Source of the DNA: Opitutales bacterium
Lineage (GTDB): Bacteria > Verrucomicrobiota > Verrucomicrobiia > Opitutales > UBA9783
NCBI GenBank assembly: GCA_024407725.1
Contig: JAKSVZ010000008.1
Coordinates: 5,264 to 37,263, forward strand
Length of the DNA: 32,000 nt
Direction of reading: 5' to 3'
The notes beneath the pieces are model-generated. The model made no database searches. It was not told the DNA's origin and saw only the letters and a program-made list of their open reading frames with translations. The position numbers and the translations under genes are program-made. This document shows, piece after piece, positions 27,545-32,000 of this stretch (position 1 is its first letter; every line of letters starts with the position of its first letter).

Positions 27545-28570
27545 TTAATAACCCGATTTGCCCTTCGCAATCCGTTGCATTTGGCGCATCAAAATACGCC
27601 CATAAGCTTTCGCCTTAATCCAACATTTATAAACTACGCTGGTCGCGCGCCTAAAATCGCTTCCATCCAAGTCATAGCGAGCGATTAAATCCAATAGTTC
27701 GATAAAAATCTTCCGGTCGGTAGCACTTAAAGCATCCTTTTGGCAACAAGACCGACAAAGACACTTCAACAGCTTCTGGTAATTCCATAAAAACAGGCGC
27801 GCAAAAAACTCCTTTTGTTCAGGAAACAGCACCGTACAGCGCAGGTTAAAAAAGGTGAGTTTCAATAAGCGCGAAAAATCGCTCGCTCCCTGCCAAATAC
27901 TACCCGAACGTATGCGATATACCGAAAACGCATCCGAAAATATAAACAACTTTCCGCGCTGTAAATGATGCAAAAAACGCATCGTATCCCCGCGGTATAC
28001 CAAGGTATCGCTTGTGGTTTCGCCCTTGATATATGCTTCCGGAACGCCATTGTTATAAACCACATTGCGCGCCATCAAAGCTGACGTATGTACGTACGGA
28101 CAGGTTTCATTAAAATAATCCTCAATCGTATAGACCAACTGCGTTTTAAAGCTGGGAATCACCCGCTCTGCTAACTTTCCATTGCGCATCCGCACCGTAT
28201 TACCGCCACACAAAGTAAATTCCGGATGAGCATCCAAAAAATCAGCCTCTTTTTGCAAGCAATAGGGGCTCAGTAGGTAATCATCTCCGTCGATCAACAA
28301 AAAATAAGGTGTTTGGATATGAGCAAAAATCGTGTTCAAGGTATGCAAATTACCGTAATTTTGCGGCGAATGTATGACTTTTACAGTATCGGGGTACTTC
28401 TGCTGATAAACCTCCAAAATCTGCGGAGTTTTATCCGTACTCGCATCATCCACCACTAAAATATCAAAAGGAAAGTTGGTTTTTTGCGCCAAAATTGAAT
28501 CCAATGCTTGAGCTATATAAGCTTCAACATTGTAAGCTGTAACCCCAACCGTAAGCTTTTTGCTGTCCAT
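27545..28570 (-). CDS. Family 2 glycosyltransferase
   Basis: LTVGVTAYNVEAYIAQALDSILAQ...DILVVDDASTDKT and DxD as LLIDGDDYL. The remaining roughly two-thirds of the 341-aa protein has no motif I recognise. Confidence 0.8.
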   Translation of the reverse strand: MDSKKLTVGVTAYNVEAYIAQALDSILAQKTNFPFDILVVDDASTDKTPQILEVYQQKYPDTVKVIHSPQNYGNLHTLNTIFAHIQTPYFLLIDGDDYLLSPYCLQKEADFLDAHPEFTLCGGNTVRMRNGKLAERVIPSFKTQLVYTIEDYFNETCPYVHTSALMARNVVYNNGVPEAYIKGETTSDTLVYRGDTMRFLHHLQRGKLFIFSDAFSVYRIRSGSIWQGASDFSRLLKLTFFNLRCTVLFPEQKEFFARLFLWNYQKLLKCLCRSCCQKDALSATDRKIFIELLDLIARYDLDGSDFRRATSVVYKCWIKAKAYGRILMRQMQRIAKGKSGY

Positions 28571-28684
28571 TCAATTAAAATTATGATTTCAAAATAGCAC
28601 TCTAAAATCAACCTTCATCTACGCCACCCATTTGACTTGATAAACTCACAAATCCTTGGAAAATAACACTAAAAGTATTCTTAT

Positions 28685-29506
28685 ATGGTCATACCTATTG
28701 TCAAATGGGCAGGCGGTAAAAGGCAATTACTTCCCCTATTAGTTCAAAGGATGCCCAAATTTACCGGAACTTATTACGAACCATTTTTTGGCGGTGGAGC
28801 TTTGTTCTTCCATATAGCGCCGCAAAAAGCAGTTATCAACGACTGCAATCCACAATTAATCAATGTCTATCAACAAATCAAGCTAGCACCCGATGAGCTA
28901 ATCCGATACCTATCAACGCTGCAAAACGATTACAATGCCTTGCCGGACGATACTGCAAAAACGAATTTTTATTTTTCCCAACGCACAACTTTTAATACGT
29001 TCATCCAAAACAATACCTTTAACGTTTACAGTGCTTCTTTGTTTATCTTTTTAAATAAAGCAGGTTTTAATGGGTTGTATCGCGTCAGCTCAAAAGGATG
29101 TTTCAACGTTCCATCAGGGCATAAAAAAACGCTAAATTTATTTCAGCCAGATAATATCTTTAAAATGTCAGAACTACTCAAGCGCTGCGTTATCACTCAA
29201 GGGGATTTCGAAATTTCGTGTCAAAATGCCAATGCTGGTGATTTTGTGTTTTTCGATAGCCCTTATTATGCTACTTTTGATGCTTACCAAAGCAATCGAT
29301 TCCCTGAAGCCGATCAGAAACGGCTAGCCCAGCTTTTCCGAGAATTATCCAATAAAGGCGTATATTGCATGCTAACCAACAGCTCAACGGATTTTATTAA
29401 AGACCTATACAAAGGGTTTTCGATTAATGAAGTTCCGGTTAAACGCATGATTAATTGCGATAGCTCTAAACGAACAAGCACCGAAGTGATTATCACTAAT
29501 TTTTAG
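28685..29506 (+). CDS. Dam-family (D12 class) N6-adenine DNA methyltransferase, motif IV DSPY
   Basis: KWAGGKRQLLP, the SAM motif YEPFFGGGALFF, and NDCNPQLINVY. Motif IV is FVFFDSPYY where DPPY is expected. The C-terminus is collinear with E. coli Dam (...VPVKRMINCDSSKRTSTEVIITNF). Confidence 0.85.
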   Translation: MVIPIVKWAGGKRQLLPLLVQRMPKFTGTYYEPFFGGGALFFHIAPQKAVINDCNPQLINVYQQIKLAPDELIRYLSTLQNDYNALPDDTAKTNFYFSQRTTFNTFIQNNTFNVYSASLFIFLNKAGFNGLYRVSSKGCFNVPSGHKKTLNLFQPDNIFKMSELLKRCVITQGDFEISCQNANAGDFVFFDSPYYATFDAYQSNRFPEADQKRLAQLFRELSNKGVYCMLTNSSTDFIKDLYKGFSINEVPVKRMINCDSSKRTSTEVIITNF

Positions 29507-29703
29507 TACCTTATATGCTATTAAACGCCATCTATCAATATCCGAAAAAGGAATCATCTTTATTGTGAACGGCGGAGGTTATAAAGCAGGAGCTCGCCAA
29601 TGGCTACCAAAACATATAGATAAACATTGGTGCGACTTTAAAGGCAAAGGCAAAAGTATCAAATTAATGCGTATTACAGAATTCATTAACTGGTTTAACC
29701 ATG

Positions 29704-29729
29704 AATTTGCCTAAAAAATAAGGCAAATT
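29704..29729. terminator. Candidate bidirectional hairpin between convergent units
   Basis: AATTTGCCT-aaaaaata-AGGCAAATT, a 9-bp stem. It lies 4 nt beyond the stop of the minus-strand gene (29733) and overlaps the stop of a small plus-strand ORF. On the plus strand TGCTTATTT follows. Confidence 0.3.
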
Positions 29730-29732
29730 TGC

Positions 29733-30839
29733 TTATTTCTGAGCTTCCGCGGCGACCAACTCCTCAAAGGTATCGCGATGAGGATACGCATCTAGGATCT
29801 TAAACGCACGCAGATTTTCTACACAACGCGCTTCGTACGCATCGTAATTTTCTTTGGTTAACCGATGCTTATCGTGCTCAATGCACCACGCCATATAACG
29901 GTTGATGTCGGGATGATAATGGCTTTCATCGCAATAATTGGCTAGATTGCTAACCAACGGGCAATCGTGCCAACCATAGATTTTGACATTCGGCAAATCA
30001 GCGCAGGCGGTTACCAAATGACGCCACAAGGTAAAACTTGCTTGAAGAAAAACAGGATGAGGAATTGCGTTATAATAATGACACCACAGCCAAGATACCG
30101 GAGCAATTGGCAAATAGAAATTAACATTAGGATGCTGCTGGGCTAAATGAATCAAATCATCAACTGCGCATAATAACTTATTATCGGCTAATGCAAAATT
30201 AGAGAAATTAGGTGATAAATAGCGCATTTTCGCTAGGTTTTGAGCACGTACCCAATCTCGACAAGCGTTATCCCTATTGCGTACCACATTTTTGATCGTA
30301 TAATCGTAGGTCAAACAACCGGACACTTGATTTCCAACCTTCAGTAAAACAGAGAAAGATTTAAGCAAAATCTGCCAATTGAAGCAGGTTAGTAAAGGAT
30401 ATCGAAAATATGTCTCATTAATAGAGCCTAATGATTTATCTTCTGAAAAAGCGAAGGCATCAATTCCCCATACTACATTATGCATTTTCCCTGTTTTTAA
30501 TGACTTTTTTACTAAAAACGCCAAAGACCCTTTATGGGCACCACCCAAGCAAAGCATTACGCCTTTAGCATGAATCGCTCTATTAATATCTTCTATTGCA
30601 AAACTGGCTGTATGCGAGCTACCCACAATCAGGGTATCATTAGGACTTGATTGCGCAAAATGACGGCGTATAGAACCAATATAATAGATACTCCCTTTAG
30701 CTGTAGCATGCAGGTTTTTATTCCACCGCGTTTCATGAAAAAGATGGTACGGATCGATAACCCACACCATCAAAGGACCAACAGTCCAAAACAACAAAAC
30801 GAACCCTATAAAATAGAGCATGTTTCGGCGTGAAATCAT
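29733..30839 (-). CDS. Membrane-anchored hypothetical protein, possible SGNH/DltD/AlgX-like acyl-esterase or O-acyltransferase fold
   Basis: It has an N-terminal TM (MLYFIGFVLLFWTVGPLMVWVI). Candidate block I is Ser in LIVGSSHT, block II is LGGAHKGS, and C-terminal block V is D-x-x-H in CDESHYH. The functional call is tentative. Confidence 0.55.
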   Translation of the reverse strand: MISRRNMLYFIGFVLLFWTVGPLMVWVIDPYHLFHETRWNKNLHATAKGSIYYIGSIRRHFAQSSPNDTLIVGSSHTASFAIEDINRAIHAKGVMLCLGGAHKGSLAFLVKKSLKTGKMHNVVWGIDAFAFSEDKSLGSINETYFRYPLLTCFNWQILLKSFSVLLKVGNQVSGCLTYDYTIKNVVRNRDNACRDWVRAQNLAKMRYLSPNFSNFALADNKLLCAVDDLIHLAQQHPNVNFYLPIAPVSWLWCHYYNAIPHPVFLQASFTLWRHLVTACADLPNVKIYGWHDCPLVSNLANYCDESHYHPDINRYMAWCIEHDKHRLTKENYDAYEARCVENLRAFKILDAYPHRDTFEELVAAEAQK

Positions 30840-30894
30840 AATAGGGGAAATTTTTGATCTAGTTAAATGTTACTTATAAGTACAAAAAAATAAA

Positions 30895-31012
30895 GCCTAG
30901 CAACCACCTACTCTCACACTAAAAAACATAGCACTATCATCGGCAGTTTAGGGCTTAACGAGCGTGTTCGGAATGAGAACGTGTGTTTCCCCTAAGCTTA
31001 TTATCACTAGGC
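30895..31012 (-). rRNA. rrf: 5S ribosomal RNA
   Basis: The reverse complement reads GCCTAGTGATAA...CCGAACACGCTCGTTAAGCCC...GAGAGTAGGTGGTTGCTAGGC. The terminal helix is GCCTAG/CTAGGC, and the conserved CCGAAC and GTTAAGC boxes are present. Length is 118 nt. Confidence 0.9.
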
Positions 31013-31130
31013 AAATTTTCATTTCAAAAAGTTAATACTTTTATTGAATACGTTAACGCATTAACGCTTTTAAAAGTAAAGCTTCTTGTTTGATATTTGA
31101 TAAATATTGCAGAAAATTACTAGCTTAAAA

Positions 31131-32000
<870 letters not shown>

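Noticed and set aside
30871-30882. The 12-nt perfect palindrome TACTTATAAGTA lies between 5S rRNA and the downstream ORF. I considered an operator or a terminator.
   Set aside because: About 8 palindromes of this size are expected by chance in 32 kb. The stem is short and AT-only, and on the transcribed strand the T-run precedes rather than follows it.

Overview
The window is mostly housekeeping chromosome from a moderately AT-rich Gram-negative bacterium. It has no CRISPR array, transposase, integrase or obvious IS element. The left edge cuts argS. The right edge cuts a minus-strand rRNA operon, leaving the 23S 3' part plus a complete 5S.

Genes recognised:
- Translation: argS, rpmI-rplT-pheS, aspS, valS, rsmI, tRNA-Arg(CCG).
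- Envelope and lipid: kdsD, uppS-cdsA, glmM, accA, two glycosyltransferase-like genes.
- Other: a 3-beta-HSD/NSDHL-family SDR, a CesT/Slc1-type class I type III secretion chaperone, a Dam-family (D12) adenine methyltransferase, and several orphan ORFs.

The T3S chaperone, kdsD, and pheS without pheT fit a Chlamydiota-like (environmental chlamydia) genome. This is inference only.

Leads, best first:
1. A tightly coupled five-gene operon at 4785-11949: ABC ATPase, ABC-2 permease, GldG-like protein, DUF4340-like protein and an 815-aa AsmA-like protein. It could be an ATP-energised envelope lipid or glycolipid conduit.
2. A stand-alone KAS-II-type ketosynthase plus a non-housekeeping ACP at 23696-25207.
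3. A CdsA whose PROSITE-invariant His and Arg are replaced.
4. An AT-richer orphan Dam-like gene with DSPY instead of DPPY, followed by a gene-remnant-like spacer.
5. A membrane-anchored SGNH/DltD-like ORF starting only 55 bp downstream of 5S rRNA.

All functional calls come from motif recognition by eye. No database search was possible.
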